From: Mobula hypostoma
Lineage: Eukaryota
Direction of reading: 5' to 3'
Assembly: GCF_963921235.1 (NCBI RefSeq)
Contig: NC_086108.1
Span: 11,842,001 to 11,906,000 of the forward strand
Length of the DNA stretch: 64,000 nt
Shown: positions 48,428 to 62,200 of the stretch, piece after piece
Layout of the letters: every line of letters starts with the position of its first letter
Position numbering within the stretch: position 1 is the first letter of the stretch
Notes under the pieces: model-generated
What the model was told of the DNA's origin: nothing
Database searches by the model: none
What the model saw: the letters and a program-made list of their open reading frames with translations, nothing else
Made by a program: the position numbers and the translations under genes

Positions 48428-50312
48428 TTATGATTTCACTTTAAGGGCTCTTTATCTCATTACCTCATTTTCTCATTATTTATTGCTGTTTATTTATATT
48501 TGTATTTGCACAGTTTGTTGTCTTCTGCACTCTGGTTGACCTTTCATTGATCCTATCATTGTTACTATTCTATCGATTTGCTGAGTATGCCCGCAGGAAA
48601 TTGATGCTCAGGGTTATATGTGGTGGCATATATTTGTGCTTGGTTAATAAAATTACTTTGAACTTTGAAAAAGTGTGGGCTTAATTTCATATCAGGTGTT
48701 GAAGAAACCAGTCACTAACCTAATGTGTTTATAAACAAAAGCCTACACAAATATCAAATTAATTTAAATCTAATACAGTACCTAGAAAAGGCAGAGAAAG
48801 AAGAATAATTATGTGCATAAATATTATTTAATAATTAGTATTATAGGAGAAAAACAATCACTGGAGTCAAAACTTGTTTTCTCAACAGAAAAACTGCTAA
48901 AAAGTCCACTTGTCTATTGGAGAAGTTTAGCCAGTCAATGAATAATTTTCTTGCACTGAGGATGTTGTATATAAACATACAGATCAGGGATTAATACAGA
49001 GGCATTTTGCTTGGGTCAGGGATTAGACGTGAAAGTTAATGGGAATGGTTTCATGCTTTTGAAATTCTGCAGCTGAATTGGTGTAATGTGCGGATTGGAC
49101 GGGTTTATAGAGAGTTGACTGGCTTATCCAGTGCACTGTGAATTTTGTAAAGGAACTGTGTGCCTGATATCATTGAAGCTTAGTTTCTGAGAAGCCATTA
49201 CTTGTGAACAGAATGGCTGTGCTTGGAAAGGTAGCACAACGTTGCATGGTCGCTGCTCAGGGTTGGAGTATATTCACTCCGAGACTCTACATTTGAAAGC
49301 AAAGATCTTTGGTCTAACCTCTACTGTAGGGTGAATTCATGGTGGAGTTCATGCTAGCTTTCAAAAGACTAACCACTGCAGGCCACATCACCAGTCAATA
49401 ATGCTCTTCAATGCTCCCTCACTGAAAAACAAGCTGGATTAACTTCATCTGCAACTGACCCAGCACGAGGTAAGAAACTGCTTCATGCTTGTCCATTCAA
49501 AACTGTGGAACAAGGACTACATCCCATACAATCAACCTTAGGCCATGCAACGCAGGTACTTGTGCTCTGCCACCTCCAATGGGATCCCACCACTAAGCAC
49601 ATCTTTCCCTCCCCCCCTCTCTGCTTTCCACAGGGATCACTCCCTATGCGACTCCCTTGTCCATTCGTCCCCCCATCCCTCCCCACCGATCTCCCTCCTG
49701 GCCCTTACCCTTGTAAGCGGAACAAGTGCTACACATGCCCTTCCCTCACTACCATTCAGGGCCCCAGACAGTCCTTCCAGGTGAGGCAACACTTCACCTG
49801 TGAGTCGACTGGGGTGATATACTGCGTCTGGTGCTCCCGATGTGGCCTTCTATATATTGGCGAGTCTCGACGCAGACTGGGAGATCGTTTCGCTGAATAC
49901 CTACGCTCTGTCCGCCAGAGGAAGCAGGATCTTCCAGTGGCCACACATTTTAATTCCACGTCCCATTCCCATTCTGACATGTCTATCCATGGCCTCCTCT
50001 ACTGTAAAGATGAAGCCACACTCAGGTTGGAGGAACAACACCTTATATTCTGTCTGGGTAGCCTCCAACCTGATGACATGAACATTGACTTCTCAAACTT
50101 CCGCTAATGCCCCACCTCCCCCTCATACCCCGTCCGTTATTTATTTATATACACACATTCTTTTTCTCTCTCTCCTTTTTCTCCCTCTGCCCCCTTCACT
50201 ATACCCCTTGCCCATCCTCTGGGTTTTCCCCACCTCCCCCTTTTCTTTCTCTCTGGGCCTCCTGTCCCATGATCCTCTCATATTCCTTTTGCCAATCAAC
50301 TGTCCAGCTCTT

Positions 50313-50825
50313 AGTAGTAGTAGTAGTAGTAGTAGTCATACTTTATTGATCCTGGGGAAATTGGTTTTTGTTACAGTTGCACCATAAATAATTAAATAAT
50401 AATGAAACCATAAATAGTTAAATAGTAATATGTAAATTCTGCCAGGAAATAAGTCCAGGACCAGCCTATTGGCTCAGGGTGTCTGACCCTCCAAGGGAGG
50501 AGTTGGAAAGTTTGATGGCCACAGGCAGGAATGACTTCCTATGACGCTCAGTGTTGCATCTCGGTGGAATGAGTCTCTGGCTGAATGTACTCCTGTGCCC
50601 AACCAGTACATTATGTAGTGGATGGGAGACATTGTCCAAGATGGCATGCAACTTGGACAGCACCCTCTTTTCAGACACCACCGTCAGAGAGTCCAGTTCC
50701 ATCCCCACAACATCACTGGCCTTACGAATGAGTTTGTTGATTCTGTTGGTGTCTGCTACCCTCAGCCTGCTGCCCCAGCACACACAGCAAACATGATAGC
50801 ACTGGCCACCACAGACTCGTAGAAC
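50313..50825 (-). mobile_element. Rex1-type LINE 3' end
   Basis: VCWGS..RINKLIRKAS..SHPLH..RCNTERHRKSFLPVAIKL; (TAC)n tail. Confidence 0.8.
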
Positions 50826-50922
50826 TCCTGGTTCCATCCTTCCCTGTCCTGTCTTCTCCTATCATTTCGGATCTCCCTCTCCCACTCCCACTTTCAAATC
50901 TCTTACTAGCTCTTCTTTTAGT

Positions 50923-50960
50923 TAGTCCTGATGAAGGGACTCGGCCCGAAACGTCGACTG
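50923..50960 (+). ncRNA. Minimal type-I hammerhead ribozyme
   Basis: UAGUC-CUGAUGA-AGGGACUCGGCCC-GAAAC-GUC-GACUG. Confidence 0.8.
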
Positions 50961-51102
50961 TACCTCTTCCTAGAGATGCTGCCTGGCCTGCTGCGTTCAC
51001 CAGCAACTTTGATGTGTGTTGCTTGAATTTCCAGCATCTGCAGAATTCCTCGTGTTTACTTGTGCTGATGTTATTTTCTGACTGCATGTCCAGGATCATA
51101 AC

Positions 51103-51480
51103 TATGTGTGACTGTGTGTGACAGTATGTGACTGTGTGACTGTGTGTGACAGTGTGTGACTGTGTGACTGTGTGTGACTGCCTGTGACTGTGTTTGCTGT
51201 GTGTGACTGTGTGTGACTGTGTGTGCTGTGTGTGACTGTGTGTGTTGTATATGTTGTATATGACTGTGTGTGACTGTGTGTGCTGCGTGTGCTGTGTGTG
51301 ACTGTGTGTGACTGTGTGTGTTGTATATGTTGTATATGACTGTGTGTGACTGTGTGTGCTGCGTGTGCTGTGTGTGACTGTGTGTGACTGTGTGTGTTGT
51401 ATATGACTGTGTGTGACTGTGTGTGACTGCGTGTGCTGCGTGTGCTGTGTGTGACTGTGTATGACTGTGTATGACCTGTG
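51103..51480. repeat. (TGTGAC/TGTGTGAC/TGTGTGTGAC)n compound microsatellite
   Basis: Direct reading. Confidence 0.92.
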
Positions 51481-51539
51481 AGCAGTTGGAGGCTGTGTAT
51501 ATGTACGGTCTGTTTATAGACGTACTGTGTGTGATTATA

Positions 51540-54500
51540 CAAGACCATAAGGTATAGGAGCAGAATTAGGCCAGAATTAGTTTTCTCCGCCATTTCATCC
51601 TGGCTGATTCATTTTCTTCTTAGCCCCACTCCTGCCTTCTCCCCATATCCCTTCATGTGCTGATCAATCAAGAATCTACCAGCCTCTGCCTTAAGTATAC
51701 AGAAAGCTTGGCTTCCACAGCTGCCTCTGGCAAAGAATTCCACAGATTCACCGCTCTCTGGCTAAAGAAATTCCTCCTCATCTCTGTTCTAAAAGGACGC
51801 CCCCTCTGTTCTGAGGCTGTGCTTTCTGACTCTTCCACCATGAGAAACATCCTCTCCACATCCACTCTATCAAGGCCTCGATAGGGTTCAATAAGATCAC
51901 ACCCCATTCTTCTGAATTCTAGTGTATTCAGGCCCAGAGCCATCAATCACTCTTCATATGACAAGTCATTCAATCCTGCAATGATTTTCGTGAACCTCGT
52001 TTAAAACCTCTCCAGTTTCTGCACATCCTTTCTAAGATGAAGGACCCCAAACTGATCTCAATACTCCAAGTGAGGCCTCACCAATGCCGTATAAAGTCTT
52101 GACATTACATTCCTACTTTTATATTCTAGTCTTCTTGAAATGAATGCTAACGTTGCATCTGCTTTCTGCACCACAGGCTCAGCCTGCAAATTAACCTCAG
52201 GGAATCCTGCACCTCAGTTTTTTGTATTTTTTCTCCAGCTAGAAATAGTCAGCCCTTTCATTTATTCTACAAATGTGCATGACCGTACACTTCCCAACAC
52301 TTTATCCCATCTGACATTTCATTGCCCATTCTCCTAAATCTGTCTGTCCTTCTATAGCCCCTCTAGTTCCTCAAAACTACCTTCCCTTTCCACTTATCTT
52401 CATATCATCTGCAAACTTTGCAACAAAGCCATCAATTCCTTCATCCAAATCATTGACATTGAGCCTTAAAAGAATCAGACCCAACACAGATCCTTGTGGA
52501 ACACCATTACTCACCGGCAGCCAACCAGAAAAGGCTCCCTTATTCCCACTCTTTTCCACCTGCCTTTGCTTTACCCATGCTAGAAGCTTTCCTGTAATAT
52601 GATGGGCTTGTAGCTTGTTAAGCAGTCTTATGAGTATCACCATGTCAAAGGCCTTCTGAAAATCCAAGTACACAACACCAACCAATTCTCCTTTGTCTAT
52701 CTTGCTTGTTATTTCTTCAAAGATTCTAACAGATCTGTCAGGAAATATTTTTCCTTGAGAAAACTATGCTGACTTTGGCCTATTTTATCATGCGCTTCCA
52801 GGTACCCTCAGAACTTATTCTTAATAATCAACTCCAACATCTTCCCAACCACTGAGGTCAGGCTAACTGGCCTATAATTTCCTTTCTTCTGCCTCTCTCC
52901 CTTATTAAAGAGTGGAGTGGCATTTACAATTTTCCAGTCTTCTGAAACTACTCCAGGATCTTGTGATTCTTGAAAGATCATTACAAATCCCCAATAGAGA
53001 CTTTAGCCCCCTATTTCAGAACTCTGGGGCGTACATCATCTGGTTCAGGTAACTTATCTACCTTCAAATCTTTCAGTTTTCCAAGCGCCTTCTCTCTAGT
53101 TATGGTAACTTCACATACTTCAAACCCCTGACACCAGGAACTTCCACCATATAGCTAGTGTCTTCATGAGTGAAGAATGATGCAAAATACTTATTCAGTT
53201 CATCTGCCATTTTTTTGTCCCCCATTACTATTTCTCCAGCATTGTTTTCCAGCAGCCCAAAAGCCACTCTTGCGTCTCTTTTACACTTTATGTATCTGAA
53301 GAAACTTTTGCTAACCTCTTTAATATTATCAGCTACCTCACTTTCATATTTTCTCTTTATCTTCTTAATGACTTTTTAGTTGCCTTCTGTTGGTATTTGA
53401 AAACTTCCCAGTCCTCTAACTTCCTACTTATTTTTGCTCTATTATATGCCCTCCGTCTGGCTTTTATGTTGGATTTGACCTCTTGTTAGTCATAGTTGGT
53501 CATCTTTCCTTTAGAATACTTCTTCCTCTTTCCTCTTCCCCTGCGCCTTCTGAAATACTTTCAGAAATTCCAACCATTGGTGCTCTGCCGTCATCCCTGC
53601 CAGTGTTCTTTTCTAATCATTTATGGTCAAGTCTTCTCTCATGCCTCTGAAATTCCTTTTACGCCACTGTAATAATGATACATCTGATTTTATCTTCTCC
53701 TTCTCAAATTTCAGGGTGAATTCAATCATATTATGATCATTTACCCCTCGGGGTGCTTTTACCTTAAGGTCTCTAATCAATTCTGGTTCATTGCACAACA
53801 TCCCATCCAGAATAGTTGATCCTCTAGAGGGCTCAAACACGCGCTACTCTAAAAAGACATCTCATCTAGAAATACCCCCCTGTAATCCAGCACCAACCTA
53901 ATTTTCCCAATCAAGCTGCATATTGAAGTCCCCCATGACTATTGTAACATTGTCCTTTTGCCATGTATTTTCTATCTCCCATTGTAATCTGTAGGCCACA
54001 TCCTTACTACTGTTTGGGGGTCTGCAGTTCCTTTGCTCTATCCACAATTTCTGGCCCCATGTCACTTCTTTCTAATAACTTGATTTCATTTTTCACCAAC
54101 AGAGCAACGCCGCCCCCTCCACCTTCCTGCCTGTCCTTTTGATACAATATGTATTCTTGAACTATAAACTCTCAGCTATAATCTCCTAGCCATGAATCAG
54201 TGATGCCTACAACTTCATACCTACCAATCTCTAACTGTGCTGCAAGTTCATTCACCTTAAATTCAAATATAACACCTTCAGTCCTGTATTCACCCTTTTC
54301 GATTTTATCCACCTTTTACATTGCAACTCATCCTGTTGACTGCAATTTTGCCCCATCCACAGCCTCTCCACACTACGCATTGCTTCAGTTTGTAAACCAG
54401 CTCCCTCATCTTCAGCACAATTACCTGCCTTTTCTACAATACCTCTTGCATTGAAACATAGGCAGCTCAGGACACTAGTTGCACCATGCTCAACCTTTTG

Positions 54501-56130
54501 ATTCCTAACATTGTCTGAGATCTTACCAGCATCTATCACTACAGTCTCTCTATAACTGTTCTGGCATTCGGGTTCCCATCTCCCTGCAACTCTAGTTTAA
54601 ACCCCACCATGCAACATTAACAAACTTTCCCACTAGATACTAGCTCCCACTCCAGGTCAGGTGCAAGCCATCCCTTCTGTATAGGTCTCACCTTCCCTGG
54701 AAGAGAACCTAATGATCCAAAAATCTTATGCCCTCCCTCCTACACCAACTCCTTAGCCATGTATTAAACTGTATAATCTTCCTAGTTCTGGCCTCACTAG
54801 CATGTGGCACAGGTAGCAATCCTGAGATCACAACCCTGGAGGTCCTGCCCTTTAACTTAACACTTAACTCCCTGTGCAGAACCTTGTTACTCGTCCCACA
54901 CAGGCTATTGGTACCTACGTGGACCATGACACTGGCTGTTCATCTTTCCACTTAATAATGCTGAGGACTCGATCTGAGACATCCCAGACTCTGGCACTGG
55001 GAAGGCATCATACCATGAGGGAATTTCATTCATGCCCACAGAACATTCTGTCCATTTGCCTGACTAATGAATCCCCCATCATCACAGCGCACCTCTTCTC
55101 CTCCCTTTCCTTCTGAGTCTCAGTCACAGAATAAGTACCAGAGACCCAACGTCACAACCAGGGATTCCGCAGCGCAGCAGTTAAGGCAAAGAGGCTTATG
55201 AATAAACTAATTATTATTTCATTGTGGTGGTGCTTAACTCCATTCTTTTCATTGTAGTCCTTGTTGAGACCTGAGAAAACCACAGCAACGTTTCACTGCC
55301 AGCTTTCAGTCGGCCTTGCCTGAGAAATTGGAGTGTGGAGTCAACTGACTCTGAGGACTAATGGTATTCGTTTTATACTTAGTTATTTCTTTCAGGTGCA
55401 GTGTTAGCTTCATTTTCCATTTGGGAGTTTTAGTCAATGGCCCTGTTTGGCCCAGCATTTATTGTTTTCTTTTCCCTCTAACTCTATTCGCATTAAAGCC
55501 TATGGACTATTGACCCGCTTCAGGGTGTCTCGATCCGCACTTGGGCCATATCCAAATGCACTCACATCCAACCACTGTGACTCTCTTCTGTTAGATTCTT
55601 CCCTCCCCCCACTCCCCAAACAGTATCCAAAGTAATATAACTGTTGTTGAGGGGGTTGGCCATAGGGGTACTCTGCACTGGCTCCTTAACCCCTTTCCCC
55701 TTCCTGACTGTCACCCAGTTTCTTGTGTCCTGCACCTTGGATGTAACTACCTCTCTCTCACTCCTTAGCTTCCCAAACGAGCCAGAGCTCATCCAGTTCC
55801 AGCTCTAACTCATTAACACGCTGTGTTAGAAGTTGCATCTGGAGGTTCTTCTTGCAGTTGTAGTTGTCAGGGTCACTGGAGGTGTCTGAGTCTTCTCACA
55901 TCCTGCAAGAGGAGAATTTCTCTATCCGGCCTGGCATCTCCACTGAGCAGATATATAAAAAAAAACAGAAGGAAAAAACTTGAGCTTTTCTTTCCTTTGC
56001 TTTCTCTGCCTGAAGTCTCTCTTTACTGAAGCCCGGAGGAGCTAAAGCATGAGATCACCACTCTGACTCTGCTCACTCAGATGATGGCCGCTGCCATGAT
56101 GGCCACTGAGCATGCCCTGCCTTCCTTTAA
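51540..56130 (-). mobile_element. Near full-length degenerate CR1 (ORF1 esterase, ORF2 APE-RT)
   Basis: ORF1 [54 protein letters not shown]. Confidence 0.88.
55150..55566. mobile_element. Solo LTR inserted in CR1 ORF1
   Basis: CGTCAC...CTCACA termini, 5-bp flanks CCCAA/TCCAA, ATTAAA at about 55492; CR1 resumes afterwards. Confidence 0.6.
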
Positions 56131-56304
56131 TTTGCTCTTGCTAATCAATCCCAGATGCCAACTGGTCACTGGCCCAAGAACTATTATATTGCCAATGACT
56201 TCCTGCTGCTTCCGTTCATTCTTGGGCCGTGGAATTGATTGATGTCCCCTCCTCTCCAAATTTGCACTGACTGGGATGGCTGCTGGTCCAAGCTCTATTA
56301 TGCT

Positions 56305-56436
56305 TTAGAAACATAGAAACATAGAAAACCTAGAGCACAATACAGGCCCTTCTGCCCACAAAGTTGTGCCAAACATGCCCCTACCTTAGAAATTACTAGG
56401 CTTACCCATAGCCCTCTATTTTCTAAGCTCCATGTA
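56305..56436 (-). mobile_element. Short CR1 3' end
   Basis: Near-identical to 39817-39947. Confidence 0.85.
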
Positions 56437-56535
56437 CAGCTTTGGGCTGTGTGTGACAAAGTGGTCTATATGTAAGCGTACTTCGGCGTTTACTCTGAGT
56501 GACTCTACGTGCTGCATGTGCTGTGTCTGACTATA

Positions 56536-57850
56536 CAGTGCCTATAAAAAGTATTCACCGCCCACGCCCAGAAGTTTTAATGCTTTATTGTTTTACAACA
56601 TTGAATCACAGTAGATTTAATTTGGCTTTTTTTGACACTGATCAACAGAAGGAGACTCGTTCATATCAAAATGAAAACAGATCTCTACAAAGTGATCTAA
56701 ATTATTTACAAATATAAAACACAAAATAATTGATGGCATAAGTATTCATTCTCTTCAAGCTGTATTTATTAGATGCACCTTTGGTAGCAATCACAGCCTT
56801 GGGTCTGTGTGGATATGTCTCTATCAGTTTTGCATATCTGGACACTGCCATTTTTCCCCATTCTTCTTTACAAAACTGCTGAAGCTCTGTCAGATTGCAT
56901 GGAGATCACGAGTGAACAGCCCTTTTCAAGTCCAGCCACAAATTCTGCATTGGATTGAGGTCTGGACTCTGACTTGGGCACTCCAAGACATTAAACATAG
57001 AAAGTTGTTTTTAAGCCATTCCTGTGTAGCTTTGGCATTATACTTGGGGTCTTTGTCTTGCTAGAAAATAAATCTTCTCTCAAGTTGCAGTTCTCTGGAA
57101 GACTGCATCAAGTTTACCTCCAGGATTTCCCTGGATTTTGCTGCATTCATTTTACCCTCTACCTTCACAAGCTTTCCAAGGCCTGCTGCTGTGACGCATC
57201 CTCACAGTATGATGCAGCCACCACTGTGCGTCATGGTATGGATGGTGTGTTTTTAATGATGTGTGGTGTTTGGCCTATGCCAAACATAGTGTTTAGTCTG
57301 TGGCCAAAAAGCTCAATTTTGGTTTCATCAGACCATAGATCCTTCTTCCAGCTGACTTCAGAATCTCCACATGCCTTCTAGCAAACTCTCGCTGAGATTT
57401 CATGTGAGTTTTTTTCAACAGTGATTTTCTCTTTGCCACTCTCCCATAAAGCTGCAACTGGTGAAGCACGTGGGCAACAGTGGTTGTATGCACAGTGTCT
57501 CCCATCTCAGCCACTGAAGCTTGTAACTCCTCTAGAGTTGCCATAGGTCTGTTGGTGGTCTTCCTCACTTCTCGAACAGACACTTAGTTTTTGAGGAAGA
57601 CCTGCTCCAGGCAGATTTACAGCTGGGCCATATTCTTTCTATTTCTTGATGATTGTCTAAACTGTACTCCGAGGGATATTCAGTGACTTGGAAATTTTCT
57701 TGCATCCATCTCCTGATGTGTGCTTTTCAATAACTTCTTTGTGGAGTTTCTTGGAGTGTTCTTTTGTCTTTATGGTGTAATTTTGGGCAGAATACTGACT
57801 CAGCAGCAGTAGGACCTTCCAGATACAGGTGTACAGATACTACAATCAGT
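56536..57850 (-). mobile_element. Truncated Tc1 transposon
   Basis: TA|CAGTGCCTATAAAAAGTATTCAC TIR; VREVRKTT..MATLEELQ..LYGRVAKRK transposase; other TIR absent. Confidence 0.85.
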
Positions 57851-58057
57851 GACTATGTGTACTGTGTGTCAATGAATGTACTCTGTGCGACTATATGTAA
57901 ATGAATGTATGCTGTGTGACTGTGTGACTAAACATACCATGTGTGACTATACGTATTGTGTGTGACTATATGTACTATGTGTGACTATATGTACAGTGTG
58001 CGACTTTATGTACTGTGTGCGACTATATGTAATGTGTGTGACAATATGTGTATGACA

Positions 58058-58443
58058 GTGGCGGAGGATGAGAGGTGACCTGATAGAGGTGTATAAGGTG
58101 ATGAGAGGCATTGATCGTGTGGATAGTCAGAGGCTTTTTCCCAGGGCTGAAATGGCTATCATGAGAGGGCACAGTTTTAAGGTGCTTGGAAGTAGGTACA
58201 GAGGAGATGTCAGCGGTAAGTTTTTTACGCAGAGAGTGGTGAGTGCGTGGAATGGGCTGCCAGCAACGGTGGTGGAGGCAGATACGATTGGGTCTTTTAA
58301 GAGATTCCTGGATAGTTACATGGAGCTTAGAAAAATAGAGGGCTATAGGTAACCCTAGGTAATTTCTAACTAAGTACATGTTCAGCACAGCATTGTGGGT
58401 TGAAGGGCCTGTCTTGTGCTGTATGTTTTCTATGTTTCTCTAT
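58058..58443 (+). mobile_element. CR1 3' fragment in satellite
   Basis: ORF 58068-58352 MRGDLIEVYK..FFTQRVV. Confidence 0.9.
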
Positions 58444-59051
58444 GTACTGTGAATGTGACTACATGTATGTTGTGCAACTCTGTGTACTGCTTGTGACTAT
58501 ATATACTGTGTGAGACAATGTGTACTGTGTGTGACTGTATGTATTGTGTGTGACAACATGTATGTTGGGTGAGTAAACATATAGTGTGTGACTAAATGAT
58601 CTGCTTGTGACTGTATGTAATGTGTGTGACGATATTTGCTGTGTGTGACTATAGGTACTGAGTTTGATTATATGAACTGTGTGTGACTACAAGTATAGTT
58701 AATGTCTGTATGTACTGTAGGTGACAATAGGGGTATAGTGTCTGACTCCATGTACAGTTAGTGTTTATATCTACTGTGTGTGACTTTAGGTGCTACATCT
58801 GACTATACGTACTGATTGTGACTATATGATCTGTGTGTGTCTTTATGTCCTATGTGTGACTATACTTACTGTGTGTGTCTACATGTCCTGTGTGTAACGA
58901 TATGATCTGCTTATGACTATGTCCTATGTGGGACGATATGTACTGTGTGTAACTACATCCTGTGTGGGTCGATATGTACCCTGTGTAAAGAGATCATACA
59001 TTGTGTGTCAGTATATGTTATCTGTGTGACTACATGTAATCTGTATGTCAA

Positions 59052-59272
59052 TATCTGTGGAATTCTCTGCCACAGGAAACAGTTGAGGCCAGTTCATTGG
59101 CTATATTTAAGAGGGAGTTAGCTATGGCCCTTGTGGCTAAAGGGATCGGGGGTATGGAGGGAAGGCTGGTACAGGGTTCTGAGTTGGATGATCAGCCATG
59201 ATCATACTGAATGGCGGTGCAGGCTCGAAGGGCCGAATGGCCTACTCCTGCACCTATTTTCTATGTTTCTAT
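59052..59272 (+). mobile_element. Young CR1 3' end in satellite
   Basis: Near-identical to 17378-17598. Confidence 0.9.
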
Positions 59273-62200
59273 TAGATAATTAGTGTGACTATATGTACTG
59301 TGTGTGATTACATGTGTGCTGGGTGACTAAACGTACAGTGTGTGACTGTATGTACTGTATTTGACTATATGTAATGGGTGTGACAATATTTACCCTGTGT
59401 GACTATAGGTACTGAGCGTGACTATAAGAACCATGTGAGAATATATGTACAGTTAGTGTCTATATCTACTGTGTGTCACTGTACGCACTGTGTGGATGAT
59501 ATGTCCTGTGTGTAACTCTATTTGACCTGTGTGACTACATGTAATCTGTATGTCTGTAGATAACGAGTGTGATGAAATGTACTGTGTGTGATTATAGGTA
59601 CCGTGTATGTAAAATGTATGTATTGCAGGTGACTACATGAAATATGTGCGACGATATTTACTGCGTGTTTCTATATGTGCAGTGTGTGACTATATGGACT
59701 GTGTGTGACTATATGTACAGTTAGTTTCTATATGTACAGCATGTGGCTGTATGTACAGTGTGTCTCTATATACTGTTTGTGACCATATATACTGTGCGAC
59801 TAACTGTACTGTGTGTGGGGCTATATGTACTGGGTGGATGATATATCCTGTCTCTGACCGTGTGGGACTCTACGTACTGTGCGTGATGACGTACACTGTG
59901 TGTGAGTGTATATTACCTTGTGACTACATGTAATCTGTATGTCTACAGATGCTATATGTATCTATATGTGCTGTGTGTGAATCTATGTATTTTGTGTAAA
60001 AAGATCATACACTGTGTGTGAGTATACGTTATCTGTGTGACTACATGTGATTCGTATGTCTACAGATACTGACTGTGATTATATATACTATGTATGTCTA
60101 TATGTACCATGTGCTACTCGAGGAGCTGCATGGGACTAAAGATTGCATTTTACAAAAGGGGCTGAGTGTAAGTCATGTGCCTGCGATAGACAAAAAGGGT
60201 CTGCCTGTGACTAATTGTGCTGTGTTTGAATAAATGGGCTGTTTGTGACTAAAGGGGTTAAATGTCCTGTCTATGACTAAAAGGGCCTGTGTCTTAATGG
60301 GCTGCATGTGACTAAACAACCTGGACTTGACTAAGTGGGCTGTGTGTGACTAAATGGACTGTTTTTGACTAAATTGGCTGCATAGGATCCAAGATGCTGC
60401 TGGTGACTAAAGGATCTGCGGGTGACTAAAATTGTTGTATGTGACTAAAGAGGCTGGGTGTTACTAACAGTGCTGAGTGTGACTACAAGGATCTGCGGGT
60501 GACTAAAATTGTTGTAGGTGACTAAAGGGTTGGGTGTGACTAAAAGGTCTGTGTGATACTAATGGGGTTGCGTGTGACTAAAGGGTATGCATGTAACTAA
60601 AAGGTCTGCGTATGACTAAATGGGCTGCGTGTGACTGAAGGGTCTTCATGTTATTAAAGGGTGTGCATATGACAAAAAGGTCTGCACGTGACTAGAGGGT
60701 CTGAGTGTTACTGAAAGGGTTGCATATGACTAAAGGGTCTGCATGTGACTAAAGGATTTGTGTGTGACTAAAAGGTCTGCGTGCAACTAGAAATGTGCTG
60801 TGTTTGAATAAATGGGCTGTCTATGACTAAAGAGTCTGTGTGTGACTGAAGGGTCTGCACGTAATTAAAGTTCTGAATGTGACTAAAGGGCCTGTGTGTG
60901 ACTAACTGGGCTGAGTATGACTAAAAGGTCTGCATGTGACTAAATTTGCTGTGTTTGAATAAATGGGCTGCATGTGACTATTTGGGCTGTGTGTGACTAA
61001 AGGGTGAGCGTGCGACAAAAGGTTCCACATGTAACTAAAGGGTCTGCATGTTACTAAAATATCTGTGTGTGACTAAAGGGTCTGCGTGTGACTAAAAGGA
61101 CTGCATGTGACTAAAGGATCTGCATGTGACTGAAGGGTCTGCGTGTGACTAAAGGGTCTGCGTGTGACTGAAGGGTCTGCGTGTGACTAAAGGGTCTGCG
61201 TGTGACTGAAGGGTCTGCGTGTGACTAAAGGCTCTGCATTTGACTAAAGGGTCCGCGTGTGACTGAAGGGTCTGCGTGTGACTAAAGGCTCTGCATTTGA
61301 CTAAAGGGTCTGCGTGTGACTGAAGGGTCTGCATGTGACTAAAGGGTCTGCGTGTGACTGAAGGGTCTGCATGTGACTAATGGGTCTGTGTGTGACTAAA
61401 GGGTCTGCGTGTGACTGAAGGGTCTGCATTTGACTAATGGGTCTGTGTGTGACTAAAGGGTCTGCGTGTGACTGAAGGGTCTGCATTTGACTAAAGGGTC
61501 TGCGTGTGACTGAAGGGTCTGCGTGTGACTAAAGGGTCTGCATTTGACTAAAGGGTCTGCATGTGACTGAAGGGTCTGCATGTGACTAAAAGGGCTGCAT
61601 CTGACTAAGTGTGCGGTGTTTGAATAAATGTGCTGTCTATATAGGGTCTGTGTGTGACTAAAGGGTCTGCATGTAACTAAAAGGTTTACATAAGATTAAA
61701 TGGGCTGTGTGTGACTAAATGTGCTCCATGTGACTAAAGATGCTGTATTTCAATAAATATTCTGTCTGTGACTGAAGGGTCTGAGTTTGAATAAAGGGGC
61801 TGCGTGTGACTAAAGATACTGTGTTTAGTCAAGGGGTTGCGATAGAAGAAAAGGATTGTGCGTGACAAAATGGCCTGCATTTGACTATATGGGTTGTGTG
61901 TGAGTAAATGTACTGCGGGTGACTTAAAGGGGATCTGTATGACTAAATGCCTTGCGTCTGAGTAAACTACTTGCATTTGACTAAAGGGGCTACATGTGAC
62001 TGAAAGGACCTGCGTGTGGCTAAAGGGGCTGTGTTTCCCTAATGGGGGTGCCTTTCCCTAAAGGGGCTATGATAGATGAAAAGGTGCTGCGTGTGACTAA
62101 AGGGACTGTGTGTGACTAAACGACCTGCCTTTGACTACGTGGACTGCGTCTGACTAAAGATGCGGTGGATGACCAAAGTGGCTGCGTGTGCTGTGTTTCA

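Larger units (their letters stand above)
45500..48668 (+). mobile_element. Old Rex1-type 3' fragment split by CR1 (pieces about 45500-45718 and 48428-48668)
   Basis: ILTGCIMAWNGN remnant; 3' UTR homologous to 5115-5368. Confidence 0.5.
49545..51058 (+). mobile_element. Penelope-like element 3' part (GIY-YIG plus pLTR), split by Rex1
   Basis: CKRNKCYTC..GVIYCVWCSRCGLLYIGESRRRLGDRFAE..NIDFSNFR; near-identical to 24186-24975. Confidence 0.92.

Noticed and set aside
51102..51593. His/Thr/Ser-rich ORF
   Set aside because: Translation of the (TGTGAC)n microsatellite
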